Assembly: GCA_040954595.2 (NCBI GenBank)
Contig: CM082578.2
Location: forward strand, 16,600,998 to 16,664,997
DNA from: Balanoglossus misakiensis
Taxonomy: Eukaryota > Animalia > Hemichordata
Direction: 5' to 3'
DNA length: 64,000 nucleotides
Shown here: positions 51,002-63,600 of the stretch, piece by piece
Layout: every line of letters starts with the position of its first letter
Numbering within the stretch: the stretch's first letter is position 1
Position numbers and translations under genes: made by a program
Notes under the pieces: generated by a model
Seen by the model: the letters and a program-made list of their open reading frames with translations, nothing else
The model's database searches: none
Told to the model about the DNA's origin: nothing

Positions 51002-54000
51002 TAACCATCACACTGGCAAATCACTCACTACTCACTCACCCATGCACCCACTCACTGATTTACTATTCTATGAATTTCTATGCCTGGCATTTCCTTTTTG
51101 TAATCTTTGAGCTAGCTTCAGTTAATTTTTACATCATCTTTCACTCAGTTAAAGGTATTTTCTCTTTTCGCTGCAAGAAACATGATGGCATTAATCAATG
51201 ATTAAAGAACCACCACACCAGTTATACCATGTACAGCACCACATACATGACTAAGAATCTTTTAACAAGAATGTGTAAAACAATATCGGAGTGGCTAATA
51301 AAATGTCCTTTCTGTTGGTTCAACCTGACAAAACAGGATATTATTTATGCAGTTTTTCAAGAGTATTGATATGTGTTTATGAAGCCTCTAATGAATATTT
51401 ATAGATCAGATGACAGAGAAAATACGTGTGGTCTATTCCATATTTCAGTGTTGACATAAATTGCTTACAGAAGTGTTGTATTTACCCTTGCCTAAAAAGT
51501 CTGAAGGATGAGCCCAGCTTTTACGAAGCCGCCTCATAAAAAGAAATGGTATCCATCATTTGTGTCACAGGTGGCGCTCTTTATACGTCACTGTAACGAC
51601 AGACTATACAAACGATTCAGTTCCCTCCCTAGCACTCTTTTCCAAAACACTGAAAACAAAAGTATGTGTACATTTATAAAATTCAATCTTAGACTTCATT
51701 TGACAGGACCGAGCACAATTTGTATGTAAGATGTTTTTCACCTGTTTCTATTCCACTGGTTTTGTAAAAGTTTAATCTGAGTAATAAATGTACAAGTCGT
51801 TGATTCAATTTTGTGCTAGGGTACTCTCAATATAAATTACACCCTGTAATGACTTATTCAACAAGTTGAATACGTTAATGCAGAATGACTGAAAGGATTC
51901 AGTGCAGCACAAAGATAACGCGGAGGCGATTTGAGTAAGTCGTCGGTGAAGACACACGTTTTCCACCATGTGTCAAAACACAGGTCGACATCTCGATGCA
52001 TTGGAAAGAAGGTGATCTAATCTGTTCAAGGCATTGGTTTTTCATATCTATCTGGCTTCTGTTGAATCAATAGCACCGGAGATTGGATTTAGAGAATCAA
52101 TTTTGAGACATTGATCAGGAAAGTGTACTCTCGGACATAATTATTGCAAACGTGTTGTTCAATACACCGTGCTGTGCAAGTCAGGCGCACATGAATGATC
52201 CATAGTGAAGTACTCAAAAAAGTACTATTATCATCATCATCATGTACTGATCAAATGTACACCCTACTTCAAAAAATTACTCCTGCCACACAAGCTTCTT
52301 CAATATCCATAGTATACTTCATTATAACATATAACAATAATTGTCAATGTTTTAGCAATATCTACATACTTTTAATTATTTAAACACTCCCATTTGATGA
52401 CATTTCAACTTTAGATCACATTACTTTTATAGTTTTTCTAATATGAAATGTAAATCCCTCTATATCCATTATATTAAATAGAAGAAAAAACTGAAGAAAA
52501 ATGCTTTTATGTCATTCTTCAAGACCCCTATCTTTCTCAGAATTATTCAGGTTCTATTATTTTAATTCTGCATAAAGACATTTGGTCTATGGGCTATCAG
52601 TAATATCCTGTGTGCAATGCAACTCACGTTTCCACTACGAATATTTTGATAATAGTAAGTGGTGATTCGTGATGCGTGACTAAAGATAATTTGAACGGGA
52701 AATAAATGTTTTACTACAATTATAATATGCATTGTTCCACTTCGTGCGAAAGCATAAAATCTACACTGATTTTGGTGGTTTATTCTCTTGTGCAGTTAAA
52801 TAAATGTACTTGTTGATCTTGCTGAATATTTACATTTCCTGACTACCTCTGGAATGTTTTCATTGTTGGAACAAATTAAAAACCCATTCCCAGCTTGCTT
52901 TGTGTAGTTGGTGGGTCAAAGTGATTATTATATTACTGCATATGAATGAACCCTACTAGAGAAATTCCGCCCACTCGTTGAGAGTTGCTCTTTGCGCTTG
53001 GTAAATTTGTGCACTTTGTATTACGCTTGGGTTGCATTACCAGATTTTGCCTGTGGACGTTCTGGTGACAAAGCTGACTGAGAAATCATTGCTTGGCACC
53101 GCTGAAGAGGGGGTAAAGATTGCCTCTACCGTATACCGTACTGTATATAACGAGGTTACCTTTGAAGGAGAGTTAAGTCAGCATGCACATTGAATGCCAG
53201 GGTGGCAGCATTCTTTCCCTAATGCTGGCAAAAATAATAACTGAGAAAACTTTCAGCTGGTGCAGTGCTGCGTCACATTAATATTCCACATAACTGCCTG
53301 CTTTCCCTTTGCATCAGCAGCTGATGATATTCCTCTGGAAGAATTTTTTGAATTCATTTTGAGCTGCTTCTGCATATCCACCCAGCCCCATGTTTAGACC
53401 ATCAATCGTGGCAGGTGTTTTTAGTGGCCATCAAGGTCGTGGTTTTGTGCTAAGCGGTTCTTTACACCTGTATAATGAAGTTGCACAGATGCAGAATGAT
53501 GGCTAACCAATTGAGTGGAATTCCCCTTGCCTGCCTAATTAAGCCTATTCGGTGAAAGAAAAAAAGCTTTAGAGAACACTTACTCTCCACAGCGGCACTT
53601 TCTCAAAGTCACGCTCAACTTTCCAGGAATCACGCACAAGCAAATAGGTAATGTCATATTGGCTGAAGCGCCACCCACCCATCAAACCTTCGTGCCTTGC
53701 TTTGAATTCACAGACACACTGTTTAATCAAAGTCCAATCACGGGGATCAACATTAGTAGTCTGCTCTTTCCGGGCCTCATCGAATTGACTCACACCAAGC
53801 TCGCGTTATTAGCTTTCACAGCTATTATCAGCATCCTGTGAGTCCACTTATTTAGTGCCAAGCCACAATTACGGTTAATTATAGCCGTTTCAGCGTAATG
53901 TAACCTAAATAGTTGCGTGAAAATGGGCAGGGACTGAATTTGGACTGAGTTTGCTTTCCCAAGTAAAATGGATACAGATTGGAGAGGTGGCAAAACTGTG

Positions 54001-54382
54001 AGCACTTGGGCGGGTTGTTAAGACCTGTAACAAAATGGTTTGAGACAGTTGAGTTTATTTAGACATGAGTCAATGATAGTTTATTGTCAGAAATATAAAT
54101 GATATCATTCGCTTCTACTCTCTAGCTATGGTTTATAGAAGGATTGAAAGAGAGAAGGTATTGAGCGTGAAACAGTCATCTGTCCACTTAACAAGTTGTT
54201 CATAGTTCTCTACTTACAGGGCTGCTAGATACGCTACATTTGCGTGTCCTGGTATTGAATGCAGGCCAAATTCCAAACACTTTCTCCAAAGATATCACGG
54301 TTCAATTCGTGAACACCTGGGTTTAACGTGTTTGTTTTATATTTAGCTACAAACCCTTCTTTCTATGGGTGGATTTATTTTG

Positions 54383-54527
54383 GTTCTTCTTTCTTTCTTT
54401 CTTTCTTTCTTTCTTGGTTCTTGGTTTCTTGGTGTGTTTTTTTCTTGGTTTTTTTCTTGGTTGGTTTCTTGGTTGGCTGGTTTCTTCCTTTCTTGGTTTC
54501 TTTCTTTCTTTCTTCCTTCTTTCTTTC
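54383..54527. repeat. Compound (TTTC/TTGG)n low-complexity repeat
   Basis: ttctttctttctttc...ttcttggttcttggtttcttgg...; accounts for four overlapping spurious ORFs. Confidence 0.9.
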
Positions 54528-56385
54528 GCCATCGATACCTAAATTAAGTTTAAAACAAAGGGAGCTCGTAGGACACTGAACCATGTCATGTAAGAGATGC
54601 AGCCTTCTTTAATCGTCCTTGTCACTTGGACGAAACTGCATTTGAGAAATAATTGGTTATCCAGTGGAGTGATTTCACGGGAGATTGAACATGATAGGAT
54701 TACAGTTAATAGCGTGATTTGACCTGTCTCCTAGAGAAAATATTGGTCTGTTGCGGAATATGCTGTAAACAACAACTGCCATGAAGACATTTTTATAATC
54801 ATACCAAGGACGACAGAGTAGAACACAGTGAATATGTTGAGTTGCTGTAGGGTGAGGAAAAATGTGGAGACTAAAACGAATCTGTTAGAGTTCAATGGAA
54901 GTTGCTCGACAGATGTTACATCCAAGATGTGACCCATTTTAAAAATCGCTCTCAGGCATCATGATGGCGGATTTGTTCGAATTCTGAGAAAATGAGGTGG
55001 CATACATGTTATTAGCACTCTATCGCTTTTCGGGCAGCACTTTTCTCTGATAACTAAATCGTGCCATTTCCTCTCCCCGACCAGATTAGAAAGGAGAACA
55101 CTAGTTCAAAACATCGCCGATTCCAATTTGTGGTGTGAGTCGACGCTAACTGGGCAACAGCAGTGCATCAGAGCGGAATCATGGGTTCATCAAAAAGCTA
55201 TCATGACTTGGTTCACCGAGAAAAAAAGATCCCGTTGTGAAGCAGCTACATGTCCTAACCTATAGATTCATGTACGGGCAAAATATAGGCTGGGGGAGTG
55301 CCAGGAATTCACGGCACCTGGATTCTTGTCTACTTATTGTTAACTAATATTTCTCAGGTTAAATGAGATTAAATGATGACATGCATGAAAGTCAGTACAC
55401 GTCTGACGTGCTTTCATCCGCTCCATTATTGCAGATTTTTTATATTCGGTCGCTTTTAATGTGCGCATGAACACATGGGTTCCTGACACATTTTATTATT
55501 TTACCGCCAATTAGTGACACTGATTGAATTCGTTTTGACATATATGTAGCGGTAAATTGCCACGAGTTCAATGCTTTAGTTTTGTTAACGTTGTCGCCCT
55601 CCTGATATCCAAAGGAATATAAACGTCCATAAGGTGTACCAGTTTCTTTAGACATGGCAATCAATCCCGTCATGATCACCAACCCTGGAATGATTTCAAA
55701 AGTTGTAAGAGATGTTGACTCCGCAGTCAAAGATGGCCTCTGTCGGTATTAAACGCATCGGTTATTATGCCTGATTGACAGCTGTCTGGCAGATATGCAC
55801 AATCACTAAATGTGTGTTTTGTGCTTGTCAAATGTGATCAGCTGATTCTAAAACATTTCAATGAAATTTTGAGCGAAACATGACAGATCTTGAAAAGGGT
55901 GTCAATCTGTGGACCGACATAGTTTGGCAATTTTTATAAAACCACAAGCTTTTTGCCAAAAGATGTCGGTTGCTCTGATCATTTGCTCATGCATAATGCA
56001 ACCACAGTATCCAGTAAAAACCTCGTGGTAACCAAAGGGACATTACTTTTTAACGAGGAAAGATGGATATAAAAGGGGAATTATGGGAAATGCGCTTACT
56101 AGCCTGGCGACACGTGCATACAACAGTGGCCAGGTTCCTATCTAGCTCAGTGATCTCACTCACATGGGAGGAAAGGGGGAGTTGGTCCAGTAAGGGCTAA
56201 AGTGCCTACCACATCTTTTTCATGGCCATTACAGATTGTATTCATGGGTCACATGTTATATTTATGGAAGACACTGCTGTGGCAGAAGGATTTAATGCGA
56301 GTACCGGTACTTTCATCCATTTACCATTGATCATGGGAGTGAGATTTTAGCCTATTCAGGTTATTATCACATCAATATGTTATAA

Positions 56386-56504
56386 TTAACCTTATTTGTA
56401 ATACTAACCCAAGTGTGTAATAGCACTTGACCCTACTGGTAATATTAACCAAATTTGTAACAAATCCTAACCCTGTTTGTAATACAAACCCAATTTGTAA
56501 TAAA
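56386..56504. repeat. Degenerate minisatellite, about 6 units of 18-22 bp (consensus AACCC-N-ATTTGTAATA)
   Basis: Units: taaccttatttgtaata, ctaacccaagtgtgtaata, tgaccctactggtaata, taaccaaatttgtaaca, ctaaccctgtttgtaata, aaacccaatttgtaata. Confidence 0.7.
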
Positions 56505-58851
56505 CTCTACACTAAACTCGACATATGATACTGACACAAAGAAGTTACAAATGTACATGGCCAGCAACTATGGACACGCCCTTAGCAACCAATGCGCTTA
56601 TCATTGATTTGGTCAAAATAATGATGATGCTTCTTTAATTCATTAAGTAAATAAGCAAACATGACCACACCCTTAGCAGTCAATTCCAGTTGTTTTAGCC
56701 ACATGTAACATGGTAATAACAGTTTAAGCCTTAAGGTGATGCTAATTGATATTCTAACGTATTGATTCTAACCTGAATTCACAGTGGTGAATATAACAAC
56801 ACTGACTGAGAGTTCACCCATCTTAACATTCAGTGAAGCTTTTTCTCGAATTACCGCATTTGTGTGTGCATTGTGCATCTAAGCATATTGTTTGCTCATT
56901 GAGGTCGCACTTATCAAACAGCTACAATGTACTTGCTTCAGGGAACGACTAATATATGCCTATAAAAAGTCTTTTTATCATGTATGCGACAATGCAAAAT
57001 AATAAATTGAAACAGCGCATGAAAGATTATCCATTAATCTTTCATTTACAAAAATGTTTCTTTGCTAAAATGACACTATATCAAGTTTTATTCATATACA
57101 TGTACAATTCATTTTACTACTGTATCATTTTAATTTAAAATTAAATGTAATTCCTTTTTAGATTATTCATATGATATTTGATAATCCTGATGATATATTA
57201 TTCATGAAATAGTTTACAGCTTCTGCAATGCATGTATGAAGCTTCGGGTTGTTTTTCGGTGAGTCATCATTTCTTCCGGTTGCAAATATCCTATCTTTTC
57301 TCGTTACTAAGAGACAATCAACCTGATTACCATATAAGTTTCGTTGATCGTGTTTACAATGACCGTTCTCACAAAGCCGTCTAACTCTGATAGTCACCGT
57401 GCGGCAATGATACCTTGGGTGGGTCATGTTACCCGAAACACTGGCTATTAGACACAAAATCTCATTTCTTCAAATTTGTCTGTAAATTATATTATGTACA
57501 ATTTGCCTTGGGTGATGTCTGCCCTCTACCAAGGTGAGTCTTGCACACTGCAGAAAACCTTGTGGTTGTATTAAAAAACTTGCTCGCTGGCACATTTCTT
57601 TGCGGTTCTAAAATGCTGTTCTCACCATATTAATAGATCTTTATCTAGCGGAACTCTGCAAATAGCATTTTTCAAATTACGCACAAATCGCTGTTTCACC
57701 AGGGGGAGAACGAAAAGTCGGAACATTATCTTCACTTGACACGACACATCAGAACACTCTCTTTGGTGCGTGACATTTCTTGTTTATTTCAGCAAATGAC
57801 GACTACTCCTTGTCACATGAAAGAAGCCACCGCAAGCACAGACTGCATCTTATCTTTGATCTGAGCAGCGCATGGCGTGGTTTTGCACTATTTTAAAGGA
57901 AAACACCGCAAGGAGCTGTGATATACATGTACGTGGAGTGCATTACCCATCGCAATATACCATGACTCGCAAACCACAAATCTGTGTCATATAGCAAAAT
58001 AATGCTAGGCCTCTCTGTGATTTAAGTTGGTCACATGTTGTTCTGTGCCCTGACACGAGTGAGAATACACACACCTCTTTAAAATCTGAAACCATACATT
58101 TTCCGCACGGAACATTTAAAAGTGATAAATGGAAATGTTTTCTCAATCTAGTTACCCTTTTGAGGGTTTTATTTGAACTCTGTAATATGTGTAGCTTTGA
58201 CTTAATTTGATCCCTGTATGGCATGTTTCCGTGAACGGGAAATGGGAAGGAAAATAAAACGTGGGCAGATATCCCTGCGAGTCTCTTAGTGCATATTTTG
58301 CAAGAATAGCGCTTGCCAGTTGGTCTTGGATTTTACCTGTAATAAAATTGATCAAATAACAGGGAAGGGAGTGCATGCAACCAGAAGTTATATGAGAGAA
58401 AAGTGACCCAGGTAGACACCATGAATAATGTAATATAGCTAAAATGCATATTTTTATATTAAAATGACAACAGACATTTTTAAAAACTTGTTTTGGAATT
58501 TGACACCTGTTAGAAATACAAACTGGTCGAGATACGGTTAAAAATAATCACACGACAAATATCCCAGTCAATCTGTCAGGTGGTGATCACATCTTGAATT
58601 TAATCAGTGCACACAACTGTGGAGCACATTATATCCTAATTCCAGTCACCTAAATCCATCAAAGAGCTGCACCGCCACCATCGTTGATCCATGCTTGAGA
58701 TTGTCGTGATGAGCCTGGTTCTCTGAGCCTTTCTGCCGCTGCGGCTGTGTTGATGGCCAGCAGTGGAATTTGTGCCAGCAATGAGACAAGAGATTGCCGC
58801 CGCTTGAGCAGTCTTTATGCTCATGTTGGCCACATCAGCTGTGTGCGTACG

Positions 58852-58863
58852 TACATACATACA

Positions 58864-58897
<34 letters not shown>

Positions 58898-58905
58898 CAT
58901 ACATA
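58852..58905. repeat. (TACA)n microsatellite
   Basis: tacatacatacatacatacatacatacatacatacatac. Confidence 0.95.
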
Positions 58906-59402
58906 GACCTATACAATAAAGCTTTACTTTTGCCGTTATCATCAGGGTCCCCATGGACACCATTTTTATGGTTCATTTAGAGACTAGTCATCAAATCTGG
59001 CAATAGTATTGTTTAGTTACAACATGTTGCTCAAAAAATCCCACCCGAGTTTAATTTGGAGCTTATCAAAGTTTCATTTATATTAGGTATTATTTTCCTT
59101 CGTGACAAACATTCTACACTGTATGTTTCTGTGATGTGGAAAGAACCAGCTGTGATAGTTGATTATCCAAATCATATGCATTGAGTGATGACGTATAACT
59201 CCTATTTTCAGCCGCAGCATACATTTGTAGCATCAGTCGGCAGAAAACCTACTTGCGACAACAATCCAACTACTGCGTTTGCACTGTCTATACCACCACA
59301 AATCGGCAATTTTAAATTAAGGTAAATGTTCCATCTTCGGACAATTATTCACCAATGATTCACCATATATTGTTTTGTCGTTGCTGTTGTTGTTCTGCCA
59401 AG

Positions 59403-59442
59403 TCTTTTTTCCTGATTTTTTTGTGCTTTTCATTTTTATCAG
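59403..59442 (+). promoter_or_regulatory. 3' splice acceptor upstream of GPCR paralogue 3
   Basis: T-rich tract ending ttttcatttttatcAG, 47 nt before ATG 59490. Candidate donors are AAG|GTAAAT (~59322) and a consensus AAG|GTGAGT (GT at 57534). Confidence 0.7.
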
Positions 59443-59489
59443 AAATTGGCTGGATACAAGGATATGTAATTGTCAAACATTTCATCAGG

Positions 59490-60611
59490 ATGGATGGCGG
59501 CAGTGATTTATGGGACTTGAACATTAGTACCACACAAGAGTTTTTCCACGCCCACAATGCTTCGGTAAACGACACCAACCCGTTCTTTGATGAACACTGC
59601 TCTATAGATTACGACCTTCTATTTTACTGTCGAGCTCTACTGAGCGCGGTGGCATTTTTCGGCAACATATCATTCATATTCGTGGTGCTGCGTGTGCGTG
59701 CCATGCGCACAATACCAAATGTGCACTTTATCAACTTGGCAGCAGCAGACACCATTGTCATTGTCACGGAGCTGGTTAATCTGACTCTGTTTCGGTTGAC
59801 GCTGGACGGCCACCTCTCGGCCAGGAGCCTGCCTTCTATTTTGGCGGTGTTTCCTAAAGTCTGGATTTTTGTGACGCCTTCGTTTCTCTGCACAGCGCTG
59901 CTGACGATAACTCTGATCAGCATTGAGCGATATATCGCCGTGTGCCACCCGCTGAAGACGAACTCGTTTCATCTTCGCAGTAAAACACGGGTTGTCACTC
60001 TCATCGTCTCTACCTGGGTTCTGGGAGCCGCTATGGGTGCCTTTGCACTCAATGCGTTGCACTATGGGGCCAGCCGCACGATGCTTGTGTGCTGGCTCGT
60101 CGTCTTTGCCATTTTTACGGTGTTTCCTTTATTCATCGTCGCCGGGTGTTACGCACTCGTCGTGGCCACCGTTATCAAGATGAGAAATCCGCGTGATCGG
60201 GGGAAAAGGCGGAAAATTCGCTCGTCACGATCGAACAACGAGGAAAGGAACGTTCTGGTTTTGTGCGTCGCCATAACCCTGCTGTTTTTAGTCTGTTTCA
60301 CCCCTCTGGCTGCAACTCAGACAATTTCGGCGTATTCCATGATTGCAGAAAATTCCGAAGTTGGGCCGAGATTAATATCCTGCATGCAGACCACCCAGAC
60401 GGTGCTGTTACTGATTCACTTAGCCGCCAGTCCTCTGCTCTACAACTGCGGCAGCAAGATCAGAAGAAAGGCTTTCCGCTCTGCCTTCTACGACAGATGC
60501 CGTCATCCCAGTGCAATTAACATGGATGACAATAGCTTCAGGACACGGGCGTCCGGCGGACTTCGAAGCAGCTCGCGTTTGACCACTGCCTACTCCGAGT
60601 GTAATGTTTAA
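59490..60611 (+). CDS. Orphan class A GPCR, paralogue 3 (more divergent), about 373 aa from Met at 59490
   Basis: TM1 FFGN, TM2 HFINLAAAD, TM3 SIERYIAVCHPL, TM5 FPLFIVAGCY, TM6 FLVCFTP, TM7 ASPLLYN. Sequons NIS/NAS/NDT follow MDGGSDL; Ser/Thr-rich C-tail. The ORF-track start at 59355 runs through a polypyrimidine tract and acceptor (AG 59441-59442), so 59490 is the preferred start. Confidence 0.92.
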   Translation: MDGGSDLWDLNISTTQEFFHAHNASVNDTNPFFDEHCSIDYDLLFYCRALLSAVAFFGNISFIFVVLRVRAMRTIPNVHFINLAAADTIVIVTELVNLTLFRLTLDGHLSARSLPSILAVFPKVWIFVTPSFLCTALLTITLISIERYIAVCHPLKTNSFHLRSKTRVVTLIVSTWVLGAAMGAFALNALHYGASRTMLVCWLVVFAIFTVFPLFIVAGCYALVVATVIKMRNPRDRGKRRKIRSSRSNNEERNVLVLCVAITLLFLVCFTPLAATQTISAYSMIAENSEVGPRLISCMQTTQTVLLLIHLAASPLLYNCGSKIRRKAFRSAFYDRCRHPSAINMDDNSFRTRASGGLRSSSRLTTAYSECNV

Positions 60612-63600
60612 ATTAACCCTTTCACTAGTGGGGGCCATAGGCTACCTGTTCCGCCGTAATATTTCACAGCAACAGTTTGGGTGGGCGGGCGAAACAGGAG
60701 TCAATTCAAACAAATCAAAGTTCGGCCTACACACGGGCAAAAGATTTCAACTCAATCAACTTCACATTTAACTTAACAACTATACCAAACTTTTTTAAAT
60801 AAAAAAAACATTGTCATATTTTGAAACCTGGTTCACTTTCGGAGTTGTAACTGAGCTCAATCAATCAATGATCAAACTGAGTTCAGTTAGCCAATTCACT
60901 TGTAATGTAAACTCTAGTACATGACATTAGAACACATTTCACTCCCAATAATTTCAGTAGGGAATCACTGACTAGTGAGTTTGCATGTGCCTCATGCTCG
61001 GTTTATGTTCATCTATACTGTGAGCCTTGAAATCACATTTCCTGCACTGAATTTAGTGTCTGTTTCCCATGTTTTAACATTCTATCGGTATGGACACGAA
61101 AAAAACACGAGAGCCCTTTCTTAAGATGTCTGCATTTGGTGGCTCTGCACGTCGAACCAGCCAATGAGCGAGATCGGCTCGTGGCTATAGCAGCAATCAC
61201 GGCATGAGAGGAGACACAGCAAAATCTTGTGATTCACTTTCGCCTCTCCCCTGAGGCTCTGTGCATTCTTTAAAGACCTTGCAGGCTGACTTCGGAAGCT
61301 CTTCCCGTCGAACCAGCCCAATCTCACAACACAAAGTCTTTCATGCAATGCTTGAAATGGATTGAACTGATTGGTGTGTATGTAGTTTGAGAATGTCAGA
61401 AGTCTAATTATGTAAAAAGCATTTTTATGTCGTGGACATCACGGAAGCCTACAAATTTGTGCTTTTATGACATTCATGCATGATAAAGCATCTCCATCAC
61501 ATTTATTTGTGGATACGTGTGCCATATAAGAACCCACTACTATAATTATTATTCGATTTCCAACATACTTCCAGTTTGGGAAGACAATACTTTGTACACA
61601 GAACATGTATAATTTCTTAATCTTGTAATTCCCATTATACGAATTATATCAATACTTGTTTGAAACGGTAATGCCTGTTGGTTCGACAGTCTGGGCCTGA
61701 TGCTTTCATCATTACTAACTGAGAATAATTAATGTGGACATTATGTCACAAAGCCTACAAGCAATCAGAGTGCACTTAACAATCCCGTTGAAATATAATG
61801 GAGTCTTTTCTACTGCCATACTTGTATTGTGTTCTGGGTAAACTTTATCATGTGGATTTTGATTCTGTTACATGCATTGAAATATACAATTTTCATTGTC
61901 ATCTACGTGCAATCATATGCATGTCAAATTTCACCAGTCACGATTTTAGTTTCTTTTGTAGTTTGAACTAACGCTACGTGGTGGAGTTCCTGATTCAGCC
62001 ACGGTGTACCAGAAATTGAAGTGATCAATATTTACCTGCATGAGGTGTCAAATAACAGATGTGTTACTTCACACTCCCACACTCACCATTTTTGCCCCAG
62101 GACAGTGATATTATGAATTCATATACTTATGGAACATGTCGAGATTCCCAATGGAAATCCATTTGACACTGCAGGCGATGCCAACAAGTTTCTTTCTAAG
62201 CCTTCATGGTATAAAACTGCCTTTTCAAATTATAATGATTTCTGCTATGCACTAACCAACACCCCTCGCGCAAAAATTAACTGAATTAGAATAGCTACTG
62301 CAATAGAAAATGGTAGACATGTACTACCATTGGTTTAAACACATGAATAGAGCAGGCAAATTAGCGCATGCAGTTGACAAAATATGTCAGTGGTAATTAC
62401 AGCCATGCACCAAAGCTTTCTTTCTCCCATTAAATATGGCGTGCGCTGTTCTGTCTATCGCACATGTTCCACCACGTGAACACTTGTCCATATAGAAAGG
62501 GACAGCATTTCCATTGAAGCGACAGTAGCAATCGACATCTGAAGTAATCGACGTCTGATCAGACGAATGGGAATAATCGAAGGTGTACAGACGAGTCATA
62601 TCACATGACAAGAAATCTGCATTCGATGATATTCTGCAGAATCCAGTCGCTCATTGATTGACGGGGGAAAATAAAAGTGAATTGCAGTAGTGGATATTGT
62701 AACGATGTCATTTGATAAGTTCACATTCATTGAAAGCTGTCGATATAGTATTCTTGATGAGTCTTGTTGGTAATCCTATGATGGACTGGAACCCAACACG
62801 TCACCTTTGACAAAAAGCCCAGTGATCAACGGAGTAATATAGTTCAGTTCATCCAAAGTAAAGTGTATCTGCGGTACTAATTGTTTGAGAAATTGAATCA
62901 AGATTAAGAATAAAAGGTTGCAAGTGAGTGAGCAAAAGGTGAATGTTACGTTTTAAATTTTGCAATGTAGCGTTGACTACATAACAAATTATAAGCCTGT
63001 CATGGGCTGTGGTACGCGCTAATAAAAGTCGAGCTATTGAAATTAAAATAGACCAATTCATATTAAAGTCATTTCACATTCCAATGTATAGTTAAACTAT
63101 TACCAAGATTGACGCTCAAAAAGCAGCCACTGGTTCCATCAGTGTGAGTTCGTCATGACACTGAAAGTTAGCATGAGTTGAAAGATTTTTCGAATAATGC
63201 TAATTACAGCGGATTTTTTTTTCTATCAAAGCTTAACTCTTTTTCTGGTTTATTGAGCAAATCATAGACAGCTGCAACGGGAAAAACATATTCGTTTATT
63301 CAACACTGAAGCATGTGTATGCATGGAAGTACCATACAGTAATTTTTTCTGTTATCATAAGTCCCACATATGCCTTTAATCAAATTTATTGAAATAAATG
63401 TGCATTAATTGTCTGTGACATATGCTTCGGATTTATCGCATCCGTGATTTCGTGACGACAAAATTTCACTCCACATATGGTGTGCCACACGAGAGGAGCA
63501 CAAAGGGACAAGTAAAAGGATCTCCCCATTCACAGAGTAACACGAAATCTGATTGGGTGAACAGTGGGTGACTCTGGTTGGCGGGTAGGCCCTATACGCT

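Noticed and set aside
54328-54584. Four Lys/Arg- or Phe-rich ORFs
   Set aside because: Translations of a TTTC/TTGG microsatellite.
55440-55730. NIDO-like start LYSFGYQEGD on the minus strand (also a faint echo at 62387-62611)
   Set aside because: Similarity stops after about 10 residues; no downstream NIDO motifs or consistent exon chain.
56386-56504. CRISPR-like array
   Set aside because: Degenerate tandem units with no unique spacers, no cas genes, and a eukaryotic context.
59355-59489. 45-aa N-terminal extension of GPCR3 in the ORF track
   Set aside because: It translates a polypyrimidine tract and splice acceptor (Phe/Cys-rich). The paralogues start just downstream of an equivalent acceptor.
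60613-60698. piggyBac-like TTAACCCT end and small hairpin just after the GPCR3 stop
   Set aside because: No matching opposite terminus found; the 11-bp imperfect stem is compatible with chance.
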